From Camelus ferus (lineage: Eukaryota): 64,000 nt of DNA. A program made the position numbers and the translations under genes. Shown here one piece after another: positions 25,881-38,198 of this stretch. The stretch lies in the NCBI RefSeq assembly GCF_009834535.1, contig NC_045697.1, positions 75,704,001-75,768,000 on the forward strand. Direction: 5' to 3'. Each line of letters begins with the position of its first letter. The first letter of the stretch is position 1. The notes beneath the pieces were generated by a model. It did not search any database. It was not told where the DNA came from and saw nothing but the letters and a program-made list of their open reading frames with translations.

Positions 25881-27539
25881 TGAAATCCAAAAACCCAGTT
25901 TTTAGCTAAAACTTAGTAAACCCTGATCAGAACTGACTTGAACTTATTTATGGCCTTTGCTGATCCCACTTAATGTGAAAAATTATTCACTCTGCTACTG
26001 AAACATTAATGTGCTTTATGTCCCAGACCCACCAGGAGAATTAAGTAATACATGACCCCAAGGATTTTGGATAGGAGACTGTGAACTTGTGCTGCACTAC
26101 TGCAGAAACATCAGTAAAATAAATGAGCAGAAGACAAAATTATCAAAGACCTCAAAGAGGGCCAAAGGTTACAATTAAAACTTGGGAGTTTATGGCTCCT
26201 ATAATTAGATTCAGAGTCTAAGAAGTGGTGTCCCTCTAGGTTGTTAAAGCTCTTGGAAGTGTTTCTGGGGAGGAACAGGGTTTATATCCTAACAGACATG
26301 CAATTTACTGTTCAAATACTAGTGTAAAGCATGGACTAATGACAGAAACATACCAGCATCATATGGCAACATATTTCTACTGTCCCTGTCTAAGGACATC
26401 TGCTCACTTACACAGAATCTGCTGCTATTAAGGAGTCATTTACCAACTGCATGGGTAACTTTTAGGGCAAACAAAAATCCCAGCTTCCAACAACACATTT
26501 CCTCCAAATTTCAACTGGTAACGTTCATTCAAATGTCTTAAGCCCAAGACAGAGCTTATTATTTGTACATAATAACCACATTCCAAGATACATCTTGCTT
26601 TCAGCACTGTCATGTAACAGGTCTTAAAAGCATTTTTCGGTCCTTTCCAGAAATGGATTTAGTGTTTAAGTGAGATGGGGTAATTTTCTACATAGTCGAT
26701 TAATGCCCCACAAAAATAAAAAAGTACACATATGACACATTTTCAGCATTAGAAAAGTAACTCTCCCACCACACGCTGCTCTGCCCCCACCTACCCAATT
26801 CCTAAAATGGAATTTAGGGATCAAGCCATTAAATCTTTACAGACTGGAAAATCAGGGACATCCTGTTGATAACCAAGTAGGCTAACAGCTGCTCATTGTT
26901 CTGAGAAAAATTTGTGCTGGGGAAACAAATCTGGTACCAATGCCTTCTAAATGACCTACAGAAAATGATGAAAGGAAGAGTCATTGTTTTTATTTTATTA
27001 TTATTAGTTGGCAAATAAGCATTACTGGCAGACTTTTTCCTGATGTCACTGGAAAAGCAACAAAAATGAGTGGGGTTTTTGTTTTTTTTTTTAACTATAA
27101 AAAAATTCTTCACTTGAGGCTTTGAATAAGCCAAGTAAGTCAAACACACAAGTGAGGCACTTGAGAAAAATAAATGGATCATTTTCAAAAGCCACTCAAT
27201 CTAACTGTTTAAATCCTGCCAGGTCATAAACATTAAAATATTTAATGGTTTAAAATATGAAGATGTTTATCAGAATTTCTAAAGTCTGTCCTACAAAAGT
27301 TCCAAAGTTAAAAACTGCCGTTTGCCCAGACACCAAATGCGGTGCTTCCTGACAAGAGCCCCACCTCTCAGTATGTAACTGACACTCCAGACAGACATCT
27401 ACAGGCAGAAGCTACTTCAATGTGCCTTTATGCCCTTCTGGGACACCTGGGAGCTCTGTGTAGGCATAGGGGACACTTCACTTCTTTGTCTTCCCACCAA
27501 CTGCCAAAGCCCCTGAGAGGCTTCCAGGCACCAAGGAGC

Positions 27540-28200
27540 CTGGTGAAAGGAACACACAGGCCTCGGAGTCAGACAGGCCTCAGTTTCACTCCCAGCACTG
27601 TGACTTGCTGCTTGACCCAACTCTACCTAGGTTCCTCCAAGGCCCCCAGGCCTCAGCCTTCCATCTCCATGCTTGCAGGGCCTGTATCACCCAGCTGTAG
27701 CAAGAACCTTGCCGAGACAAACTAAACTACCCTGCCTCCATCCTCAATGTCTAATCAAATTCTTCATCCCCCGCCATCCCCCAAGTGACATCTGATCAGG
27801 CTGCCCTGCCTTCAGCAAGGATCCTGCTAGGTCTGTTTAATCAGAATCATCCTTTGCCCGTTGCTCCTGATGTTTCCTCTTAGTAGTTTTCCATCCACTG
27901 ACTCCCACTCTGCTCCTTGGCTATAAATCCTCACTCAACCATGATGTACTCAACTGAGCCCAGTTCTCTGCCGAGGGCACTTTTCCCCTATTGCAATAGT
28001 TCCTGAATAAAAATCTGTTTTTACCGCTTTGACTACTATCCAGCTCTGGTTTTCTCTGACAGACCACAGTTAAGTTACTTGGCTTCTCTGAGCTTCAGAA
28101 ACCTTGTCTGCAAAATGAAAATAAAACCAATCTCACTGAGCTGTTGTGCGGAGGAGGTTATATAATGTGTGCAAAGAATCCGCTCAGTGTGACAGACATG
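27540..28200 (+). mobile_element. MIR SINE split by a MER31-like LTR
   Basis: MIR head ggcctcggagtcagacaggcc before the LTR; aagttacttggcttctctgagcttcag...tgcaaaatg after it. Confidence 0.65.
27605..28061 (+). mobile_element. Solo ERV1 LTR, MER31-like
   Basis: cagcaaggatcctgctaggtc, ttttccatccactgac, ctccttggctataaatcc (TATA), aataaa, ends TGACA; 5' edge approximate. Confidence 0.75.
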
Positions 28201-28849
28201 TACACAGGCATTCAGAAAACAGCTATTTTCACTTGTCTTTGTATTATTTATTTTCATATTCTTTACTTTAGCTTTACATATTACCAGACACCCAAGGACA
28301 CTGCAGATCAGACACGGAGTCTGTTAGGAAGGAGGTCATCCCAGGCTCTCTGCCACCATCAGAATTCTGGGACTTCATAAAGAGTGACAGGCAGCCTGGA
28401 CACAGAGGGACAGAACCCTCGGGATGTTAAGAACCCGCAGCAACGTAGTTTGTCACTGTTTTTTAAGACAGTTGATATTAATTACCATGCATTGTCACAA
28501 ACCAGGCCATGTAAGTGATTCACATTTACCCTATTCACTCCTCAGAGCAACGGCAAAAACACAGGCAGACAGTATCACCACCATGAGGCAGGTACCATAA
28601 CAATACAAAGACAGGAATACAGATTAAACAGAGAAGATCCCAACCCACAATGGCAGGCTGTGATAAACAAAATAAAAGTTTGGAAGGCACTGGACTAGAG
28701 ATTCCACTGCTAATGAATGTCAGTCAAGGCCATCCTAATTCTCTGTTCTGGAACTCCTACAAGACAATTTAAGAATTTATTTCCAGTCTGTTTTCAAAAA
28801 AATCTGTAGCCACATATTTTAATATTATATAATAAGACAAAAAAAATTC

Positions 28850-29070
28850 CGTGGCAGTTAGAGCACATGGCTCTGGAGCCAGACTACATCCACACCACTG
28901 TCTGATCTTGACTGGGATATCCCCTCCACCTCAGTGTTCTCTTCTGTGAATTGAGGATAACAGTTCCTACCCTTCTAGTGTCGTTCTAGGGATCAAGTTA
29001 GCTCATCCATGTAAAGCACCTGGAACGCTGCCCTGCAAATACAGTAAGAGCTCAATAAAAATGGGCTATT
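28850..29070 (+). mobile_element. MIR SINE
   Basis: gttagagcacatggctctggagccagac...cctcagtgttctcttctgtgaa...ctcaataaa. Confidence 0.75.
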
Positions 29071-29269
29071 CTTATATTGTCAATCACTGTGTGTAAGTGC
29101 AACTCATTTACTGCTTCTGCAACTCCTCTTCAGTGAAATTTCAACAAAAAAAAAATTTGAGGTTAGTTAAGAAATAGTAAAAGTATTACAGAATGCTTGG
29201 CCACATGGTCAGGGCTAGGGGACCAAAATGTCCAAGATGAAAAAGGTACTCAAGCACAGATGAAGAAAT

Positions 29270-30300
29270 GCACTGCTGATGAGACTGTAAAATGTACACC
29301 CACACTGGAAAACTGACTGGCAGCATTTACCAAAGCTGAACAAAGGCATGCCCCTAGAATACCTAGAACAGAATTCCTAGGGACATCACCAACAGAAATG
29401 CCCACGAAAAGTCAGGCTCCAAAATCTTCGTATCAGCACTATTCTTAACAGCAAAAAACTGAAGCATGCCCAAACGCCCATCAACAGTGCTGGACGCAGT
29501 CACACAACAGGACATTTGACAGTACTGAGAGTAACCAACCTACAAGTAACTACACGCAACAGTAAGGGTGAGTTGCACCAACATAATGTGAAGTGAAAGA
29601 AGCCAGACGCAAAAGAGCATACACTGTACGACTTCAGCTATTAGACGCATTAGGACAGTCTGGACTGGATTCCATGATGCAACGCCCAGGTCCCCCAGGA
29701 AGGAAGGATTACTCCCCCAGCGTCAGCAGCACTGCCAGCACACACCCTGCAGCTATCGGCCCTCTTTAGAACCTGCTTCTGTGGAAAAAGGCAGCAGCGC
29801 CCAAAGGCAAGCCCCCTTCCCCGGGCAGCCAGTCACTGGTCAACACAGAGGTACAAATGTCCATTTCTTGTGCAACTCGGAACATCTCTGGAGGGCCTTT
29901 CCAGAACTGCACATGGGGTCAACTGAGGCCTCCACTAAGACTAAACTGCCGCTCCACTTCTCCCCTTACCCAACCCTGCTCCCTCTCTTCTCTTTCACAA
30001 GCGCCGATCCCAAGAGCAGTCCCTAATACATTTCCCGAACGCTAATCTCCCTCTTGAGAGTCCACTTCCCAGCGTATCCAACCTTCAGCACAAGCAAATT
30101 GGATCTATGATGCGAGAAGTGAGGACAGCGATGATGACAGTGGGGAGGGCAGGAAGGAGGCCAGCTAGGGTGCTGGTAATAGCCTTTTCATCTATTTATC
30201 TGGTTGTCTGACTGTGCTCAAATGGGGGAAATTCATTTAATTGTACACCTGTGAAATGTGCACTCTTTCCTATACTTCAATATGAAGTTAAAAAAAAGTA
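29270..30300 (+). mobile_element. L1ME 3' UTR split by an LTR16-like element
   Basis: aagtgaaagaagccagacgcaaaagagcatacactgta before the LTR; aaattggatctatgatgcgagaagtgagga...tatacttcaat after it. Confidence 0.65.
29660..30090 (+). mobile_element. Solo ERVL LTR, LTR16-like
   Basis: cccttccccgggcagcc, ggggtcaactgaggcctcc, gatcccaagagcagtccctaata...gctaatctcc; boundaries approximate. Confidence 0.7.
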
Positions 30301-32409
30301 AGACAAGCTAAAAAACAATCCAAATGAGACAGAACCTTAAAGAATTCTTAGCCCCATCTTCTCGCGCATCCCTTAAGTCACCCTCTTCCATGCACTTAAA
30401 ACACAGCTCGGAAGCCTAACCTGAGACTTCAAACCAGCTGGTGGTGAAACAGGCCTCCACAAGAGTGTGCACTGTTCTCAGCAGACCCTGCTCTTGTGGG
30501 TAGCCCCGGGGGGGGGGGGGGTTAAATCTGAGGCTGGAGAGGGGCCTGCTGCAGCCAGCTCACCCGTCAGCTTGGCCTTGCAAGGAGGAAGACTCTGAGG
30601 TGAGCCAAAATGCAAGCATCCCAAGGATCTTTAGGCATCTTCACCTTTTAATCTTCCTTGAGAAACACACCTGGCTCTGAAATCAGAAAACTTAAAAATC
30701 TTCCTAATATAGACAAAACAGCATGCTGGATCCTTTGTGTTCTCTCAAGAAAGGATGTTCTCTTTTACTGTAGCTGGCTGTTTTTGTTATTTATATATCC
30801 CCTCACGCCCACCTTCTTAAAAGCAGCTCTTTAGTTTATTTAGTTAACAAAATGTCCTGTCTCTTCCCCTTTTAGATGGGGAACAAGAAACACAAAGAGG
30901 ATGAAGTATGTCCTCAATAGGGAAGGTCGATTCCTTCACTTTCCTCACTGGTTCATAAAATGAGGTTATTGATAAACTCATTCCTGCCCCTAAACTCACT
31001 TGGATCATTCCCACACTGAAAACTATTCATCCTATAGTTCTGAAGAACGTCAGTCAGACCAAATGATTCCCTTAAAATGATGACGATGAAGACTGCACCA
31101 AAAAAGAAGATGGGAAACTACTGTAACAAAGTTGTTACTTTATTTCCAAAACAATTTAGTTTGTCTTTGAGATGTAAGTAAGAACTACAGGTCACGACAG
31201 TCTCTAGGAAACTAAAAGAGCTTTTGGTGCCCAATTCTTCTGAATGCTTTATACTGACAAAGAAGGGAGAATGTGAGTTTAACCTCATGTGGAAGCTTCA
31301 ATGCATTGCTTAGGCTAAATCTAAGAGAAGACTCAAATACATTGCAACCTTTTAGGTTACTGCTATTATAGTTTTTTGTCTGTCAGTATTTCTTGGATAG
31401 AGACTATATAACCCCATAACTAAGCTCCAATAAAAATTTTTAGACTTGATTCCAAAGAATAGCCAAACATGCTTATATTTCCTTTTAAACTTTTTTTTTG
31501 AAGGAAGATATCACAGAGTATATACAACTAAATTATTTAATCCTTTCTGAAAGAGTTTGCCTCCTAGATAAATTTAAGTAAATTCATCTCCCTTTAAGGT
31601 GGGGATGAAAAAGAATGAAATAATAATGTGCATTCCATTCTTTATCCTGAACACGCAACAAGAAGCTGGCAAGGAATTCCCCACACACTGTTTTTTTAGG
31701 TCATTCAATGATTTATTCATTTATTCAAATATTTTTTGAAAGCCAACTCTGCCTTGAAGCAAAAGTCCTCTTCTCTATATATGGTTTTAAAAAAGATCTC
31801 AAAACCTCCCATTTGACCACTAACTAGCACTCTGGAGTTCTCCCCCAACCAGTATCAAGAAGCAATGTTACTTCCTGACTGTATTAGTCCCTCAATGAAG
31901 AACAGGTGAAGAATATCTTAGGAACATTTTTTTAAAGATAGCATGCTTTTCTTCCCCCTGAAATATCTTTGGCCCTTCCAAAATTCAGAAGCAAAAAATC
32001 AGACCAACTCTGTCCCTTGGGAAGAGTGACTCAGGCCCTGGTTGAAGGGATAAGATGAGTGATGTCAGATCTGTGCAACGGGCCAGACAGGAGCATGTGC
32101 CATACCTTCCCAAGCTCACCCAGCCCTCTGTCTGCAGGAACTTTCCCTCCTTCACAACTGGGACCAAGAACCACAATAAGAGCCAAGAGAAGTCCTCTCT
32201 GCCCTCCCATTCCCAAGAAGGCTTGCCTCTTGGGGGCCACCTCTAGAGAGCACCCCCGACAGAGCAGGAGAGTACTCCAGGCACAACTAATGTCTAGAAT
32301 AGACCCACAGATCAGAGAAAAATCTGTAGGTAAGTGTGCTGTTGATATCAGCTGTGTTAGTAAGAGTGGTTTCAACACTGCTGCAGTGACAGTCATAAAA
32401 GCCATCTAC

Positions 32410-32678
32410 CTCGGTTGGTCCAGCATACATCATGGGAGATGGGAAGATGGCCACCACTGTTGTTTCAGGATTCAGGACTCCTTCCTCCAGCACCGCAGCA
32501 TGCTGCTTCATACGCCACATCAAAGGAACATCATCATCCTTCGTCCAGCCCCCAAGAGGGTGAAGGAGGAGCACAGGGCGCCGGTAGCCCCTCTCGAGGA
32601 GTTGCCTGTGGGTATCCTGCATTAGCAGGGCATGGCCATTGTGCACCGGGTTCCGTAACTGAAATGCGAAGACAGCAT
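32410..32678 (-). CDS. PAPSS1: PAPSS1 coding exon (probable exon 10), (D)[20 protein letters not shown]...[14 protein letters not shown]-sulfurylase active site
   Basis: 269 nt; acceptor ttcag|AT, donor GAG|gtagat; contains [10 protein letters not shown] (HXGH nucleotidyltransferase motif, HNGH at 32632-32643). Confidence 0.97.
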
Positions 32679-34494
32679 CTGAAAAAGAATTTCCAGAGTT
32701 GAGAACAGTCCATTTCTAACAGAGTACCTTCCAAAGGATAAGCAGTTCTTCTTGAAGCTCGATGCTTAGGATTAAGCAAACATGCATGCTCAAAATCAGA
32801 AACTGATGGAAAACACGGACTGCTTTGACCATTTACTCCAAGGCAACATGAGTTAAAGTAGTTTTTACTTTACAAATCTTAGAAGCCTAAGGATGTGTCA
32901 ACATAATAGTGATGGATCTATAATAATTACTTTCTGCATTCATGGGCAACCTGAGAATAATCATCAGACTTCCTGGTCCTAACAGCTCAATGCAACTGCT
33001 TGCAATGGATATAAACTCTTTGTCTGTGCTTTAATTACCCATCAGGTCAATCCCTCCATTGGCCCTAAGATACTCCTTTATTAAGGAAGGATAGACAGGT
33101 AGAGTTTAAATTTTTTTTTTAATTTACTTACTATCCAACTAGGCCATTTATACTGATTACTTTCCTTGACTGGAATACTATGTTGTCCTGTGATGCCAGG
33201 TCTGGACTTCGGATTATAGTTTAGCAAAAACAATATCCCTTACAGGGATATTACTATTACTCAAATAATGAAAACTTCTAGATTAATTAAACTGGTTAGC
33301 TCTGTATCTACTGCTTATAACCCTGGCTTCATTCCTACTCTTGCTATCAGACCTTTCTTAGAAGGTGTGGCTCCTTGGCATCAAAGAGTAATTTCACAGA
33401 ACAGAGCAACAACCCAGGTAGAGGAGCTCTGTGTTTTATCCCTCACAAGATCTGGCTGATCCAATCATGTTGATCCGATCTCGACTCAGAGAGAACATCA
33501 TCCCCTCTTCTAGTAACTTCAAGCCAAACAGTACAACATCTCCAGCCTAGTCTCAACTCTGACCATCTTCTATTCACCGTGACAAAAGGCAGAGAAAGAA
33601 ACTTGACCAGGAGATTTTTGGGGACACATCCTGTGATATTCTGAGATTTAGAGCAATACCCCTATGCTCTGAAATTCTCAAGTGATCTTTTACACATGCG
33701 CCAGGCTGGTTTTCACCCAGAAAACAGCTGATAATGACATAACATACCAAAAAGAAGTCTTGATACAAACATGTGAGTATTTAAAACTACTCTGCTTGAA
33801 GGAAGTGGGAGGAGGGATACAGATCTGCAAGTTTTTCCTTCCTTCAAAGAATTTTAGATATAATATATGGAAAGCAAAAGATTTCAAAACATCTCTTTTA
33901 ACCATTAAGTAGAACTCCAGAACTCCCTTTCCCCAAGACCAAGACCAAGGAGCAATTTTACTTCCTGATTCTATTATATCCCAGTCCAAAAAAAAAAAAA
34001 AAGAACTGATAAAGAATGTCGCCCGAACATGACATTAAAATTGCTTCTGAATTTAATCTGCATCCTGATTCTGTCCTAAATCTCATCAGGAGGTTTGGTT
34101 CTCTCCTTCTCTTCCTTCACTTTGTAATGCCCATTCTTTGTAAATAGCCTTGAATCACAACAGAGACACTTACTAAGCGTTAATGCATCCTGCTCCTGGG
34201 CAGATGTGATTACTGCACTTATGGGGAGGCTGGGGGTGAGTGGCTCCAGGCTTGCACCACAGGGAGGAAAGGATGCTGACCTTGCACAAGTCTGTGGCAC
34301 CAAAGCCACAGAGACACCTGCATGGTTGGGACCAACAGGGCCAGGGCCAAGAAGACAGCCCTTTTGACTGGGAGACTGTGTACACACAGGGAGATAAGAG
34401 CATGGAAGCAAATATATTGAGGATAATGGGAGCCAGGATTCCCACTGCAGGAGAAGAAAGACAAAAATACCAAAAAGAAGAAAGGCTACAAAAG

Positions 34495-35900
34495 ACTATG
34501 TGGTATTAGATTAGGACTGAAAGTAGCAGTGTGAGCTTACAGTTTTCAGCTATATAGACAAACAGACACAGAAGCAGATATAAATGTATGTGATGAGTCT
34601 ATGTGTTTATGTGCCTATGCACATTTTTTGGTTCTGTCCACTGAACGACCCTACAAGCAATGACTACCCAGTGGCAATGAACAAAACTAAAGCCCAAATT
34701 TTGCATTTTAAATAGTACTCCCCACTTAAATAAACCATGGCTCCTTGGCAAAATGGCCAATTTTACGGCCAGAGCATGAAAAGTACAACAGGAGCTGGAA
34801 CGTCTTTCTGTGTCATAGAGAAAGGAAGTGCTCAGAGAACGATGAGAGCACATTGAATGGATATAGCAAGCAGTCCAGCAGGGCCCAAAGGCCAACCTGG
34901 GACAAGCTAAATATCAAAGTAAATAATGATATTAAGGGATTATAACCCACTGAGTAAAACAGGAATCTGTGAGTGCAGAAAGAATGAAATAAATGAACAA
35001 ACCAATGGAGGAGAAGTGGAAACTCTAACTTACAGTAAAAGGTCAACTAATAAAGATAGATGGAATGATGGAATAGAAAAATCACCTCCTGGCAGTATTT
35101 GCACCGTGCAAAAGCCAGCAGGTAAGTCTGATGACAATGGGATATTTATGGAGTCTCAAAATCTCTCCCCCAAAATACTTGTTAGTAAGTACAAAATAAT
35201 TTGTTAACTTTACAGCAGAAAAACCTGGCAAAGATGATCTTAAATGATAAAAGTTAAGTTTAAAAAAAGTTAACCTCATCTATAATAGACAAATCAAACT
35301 TATAAGCCACCAAACATGATGCACTGAGAATTCAGCAAGGCTTCTCATAAGATTCCTGACAAAAGTGTATAAATGAAACCTAGTCATGAGGAAACAGATA
35401 AACCCAAACTGAGAGACAGTCAACAAAACGTATGTACTCTTCAAAACTGCCAAGGCTGTGAAAGACACAGCAAAGACTAAGTAACTGTTCAGACTGAAGT
35501 AAAATAAAAAGACATGACTGACACCCTGAACCAGGAAGGAAAGGTGGCAGGAGAAGATTTTATTGTTGTTGTCAGTTTTGTGATAAAGGACATTACTGGG
35601 ACAATGTCACGATGTGAATGAAGTATAGAGAGTAGGCAGTATTGTATCAATGGTATTTCCCAAGTTTAATGAGCACACTGAGGTTAGGAAGGAGACTGTC
35701 CTTGCTGTCAGGAAATACATGTGGAAATAGTAAGGGGTAATGAGGCAACAAGTCTGCAGCTTTCAAAAAGAGTGAGAACAAGAAAGCAAATAAAGTATAA
35801 TGTTAATTATGGAATCTGGGGAAAAAAGATATAGGATTTCTTGGTAGTATTCTTAAAACTTTGTCAATTTAAAATTATTTCAAAATAAAAAGCTAAAAAA
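34495..35900 (+). mobile_element. L1MC-type 3' UTR
   Basis: ctgtccactgaacgaccctacaagcaatgactacccagtggcaatga...ctagtcatgaggaaacagataaacccaaactgagagaca. Confidence 0.7.
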
Positions 35901-35974
35901 CAAAGTGAAAAATTATGAGAGACATGAACTGATTACAATTGGGGATTTTATTTATTTATATTTATTTTATTTAT

Positions 35975-36161
35975 TTATATACTGTATATAAAACAGATAA
36001 ACAAGTTTTTCTGTATAGCACACAGAACTATATTCAATATCTTGTAGTAACCTATAATGAAAAAGAATATGAAAATGAATACATGTATATGTATGTATGA
36101 CTGAAACATGCTATACACCAGAAATTGACACATTGTGACTGTACTTCAATAATAAAAAAAA
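35975..36161 (+). mobile_element. Younger camelid/cetartiodactyl-type L1 3' tail
   Basis: ctgtatagcacacagaactatattcaatatcttgtagtaacctataatgaaaaagaatatgaaaa...acaccagaaattgacacattgt plus A-tail. Confidence 0.75.
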
Positions 36162-37984
36162 GAAATGTGACTACTATGAAATTATTAGAAATATAAACAC
36201 TGACTAGATATTTGATAGTATTAAGAAACTATTATTATTTAGGTGCAATAGTGATAATACCATGGTTCTATTTTTTAAAGTCTTTACCTTTAATAAATAC
36301 TTTCTTAACTGTTTAGATGGAAATGACATGGGGTTTGAGACTTGCTTCAGAATAACACGCAGGGATGCGGTGGGGCAGGCAGGGGTACAGGTGAAACAAG
36401 ATTAGCCAAGAGCCGGTACTACTAGAGCTGGGTTAGTAGCACACAGTGATTCACTATACCATTATCTCTACTTAATAAATACAAGTAGTATATACTTGAA
36501 ATTTTCCATAGTAATTTTTAAAAGAGAAGATACGTGTAAAGTACCAGAAGAAACACTGCTTTGAAACAGGATATTTGTGGGTTCAAATCATAGGTCTACC
36601 AGTTTCTAACCATGGACTGTGTAAGGACTTAATTTCACTTTATACATTTCTGAAGTGGGGATGATGCTAAAGTTAGTGTTTTGAAAATAAAATAATATAA
36701 GGTACCCAGCATGCTGAGATGCACATTGCATGCTGTCACTTAATAAATCTAAGTTCCTTAAGACAATTCACTCTAAAAAAAAACCCACCACATCTAAAAG
36801 TTCCCAGCAGGAAACTGAACCCCTTGTTCTACAAGTGGCTCAAAGCCTAGTCCAGTACAAACGGACACTCCAGTGAGTGTTTCCAAGACGAGGGTGCGCT
36901 AGTCCCGTGCTGCAATATGCAGCCTTCACCCTCCTTAATCAGGAACAGGCGCCTGACCATGAATAGGACCCTTGGGTAATGCATCTCAGGTGTATGATGA
37001 CTACATTCCTAGACTTCAATCAGGTCAAATCTGATTTTGTAAAACCGCCATTTAGCCAGATTATTTATATGACAGGATGTGCAAAAGGAAACATAAAACA
37101 CAAATTCTGTCTCAAATATATGTATTTCACAGATTCTAATAATTCATCTACCTAGGTTTCCTTTCCAAAAAGAATTAATCTTGCTCCACACTGGACATTT
37201 AACAGATAAAGTTAAGATGAATGACTTCTTAAAAGTTTACATTAGCAGCATATAAAGGATTTTACTGCCAAAATTTCTCCCAGGTAGCATTATTTCCTTA
37301 CTATCAGTTCCATTCAGAAATCCAACAATCATTTGATCTGTCTGCCCATTTTTCTTGCCAATACTACCAAGTCTTTCCTAAATTTCCAGTCTTTTCAATC
37401 CCTTGTAACTATTTATCAATGAATGACACAAATGTTTTTAACTGCCTGCAGTTTCAGACTGCGTTTTCATCCTTACCATCTGGTTTTCCCACCAGAGAAC
37501 TTACGTGGATGAACAATGCAATAGGAGCACCCGATCCACTGGAAGCTGACATTCCCAAGGTATTGTCCCAACTAACATAACCCAATATGCATCACCATTA
37601 AAATTTCCTCCATCAGTTTTCTATCAAGGATGGAAAAAGAATAATGGGCCATGGATACTTACTGCAACTTTCATTAATTTCTCACTCTCATCCCCATTTT
37701 CTAAAGGATGGTGATTTCCCTATTGTCACACCACGATCAGTGTAGAATATTTGCCTTTTCACTTATATCTCCTTATGGCTTAGTGGAAGACTCCTTTATC
37801 TAGGATCAGGGTTTCACCTGTGTTTAAAATTGGGCTATGATCCACCAGATGACTGAAATTTACTATTAAATAATTTCCATTTCCTTGTAGCCTGCTGTCC
37901 CCCGGTTCCTGGGAAAGGACCAGGAATTCTATAATCTTGATTTATAGAAAGTAACTGTGGAGCTGCTGACATCACGCACAAAAG

Positions 37985-38198
37985 CAAATTTTTTTCCTTA
38001 AAGAACTAGAGTGAATATTTTAAGCTTTGCAGACTGTGAGGTTTCTGCTGCAAGCCCTCAACCCTGCAGGAGTAGTACAAAGACAGTCACAGACAATGCA
38101 GAAATGAGTGGATGGGGGTATTTCCCAATAAAACTTTATTTACAAGAACTGGCAGTGGGCCAGATCTGTCCTGCAGGCTGCAGTTTACCCACCTCTGA
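37985..38198 (+). mobile_element. MER58A (hAT-Charlie MITE)
   Basis: tcccaataaaactttatttacaagaactggcagtgggccagat...gcagtttacccacctctg. Confidence 0.85.

Noticed and set aside
30508..30521. G14 homopolymer as a G-quadruplex element
   Set aside because: Isolated run whose length is unreliable in assemblies; no other support.
32059..32625. 188-aa + strand ORF (and overlapping 32415-32702)
   Set aside because: Antisense shadow of GC-rich PAPSS1 exon 10; no recognisable domain or gene structure.
33232..33252. 9-bp hairpin aatatccct-tac-agggatatt
   Set aside because: Short and AT-rich; plausible by chance in 64 kb; no supporting context.
37320..37960. Unassigned complex sequence as a possible retrocopy or ancient CR1/RTE LINE
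   Set aside because: I could not recover a recognisable reading frame or motif on either strand; it needs an HMM search.
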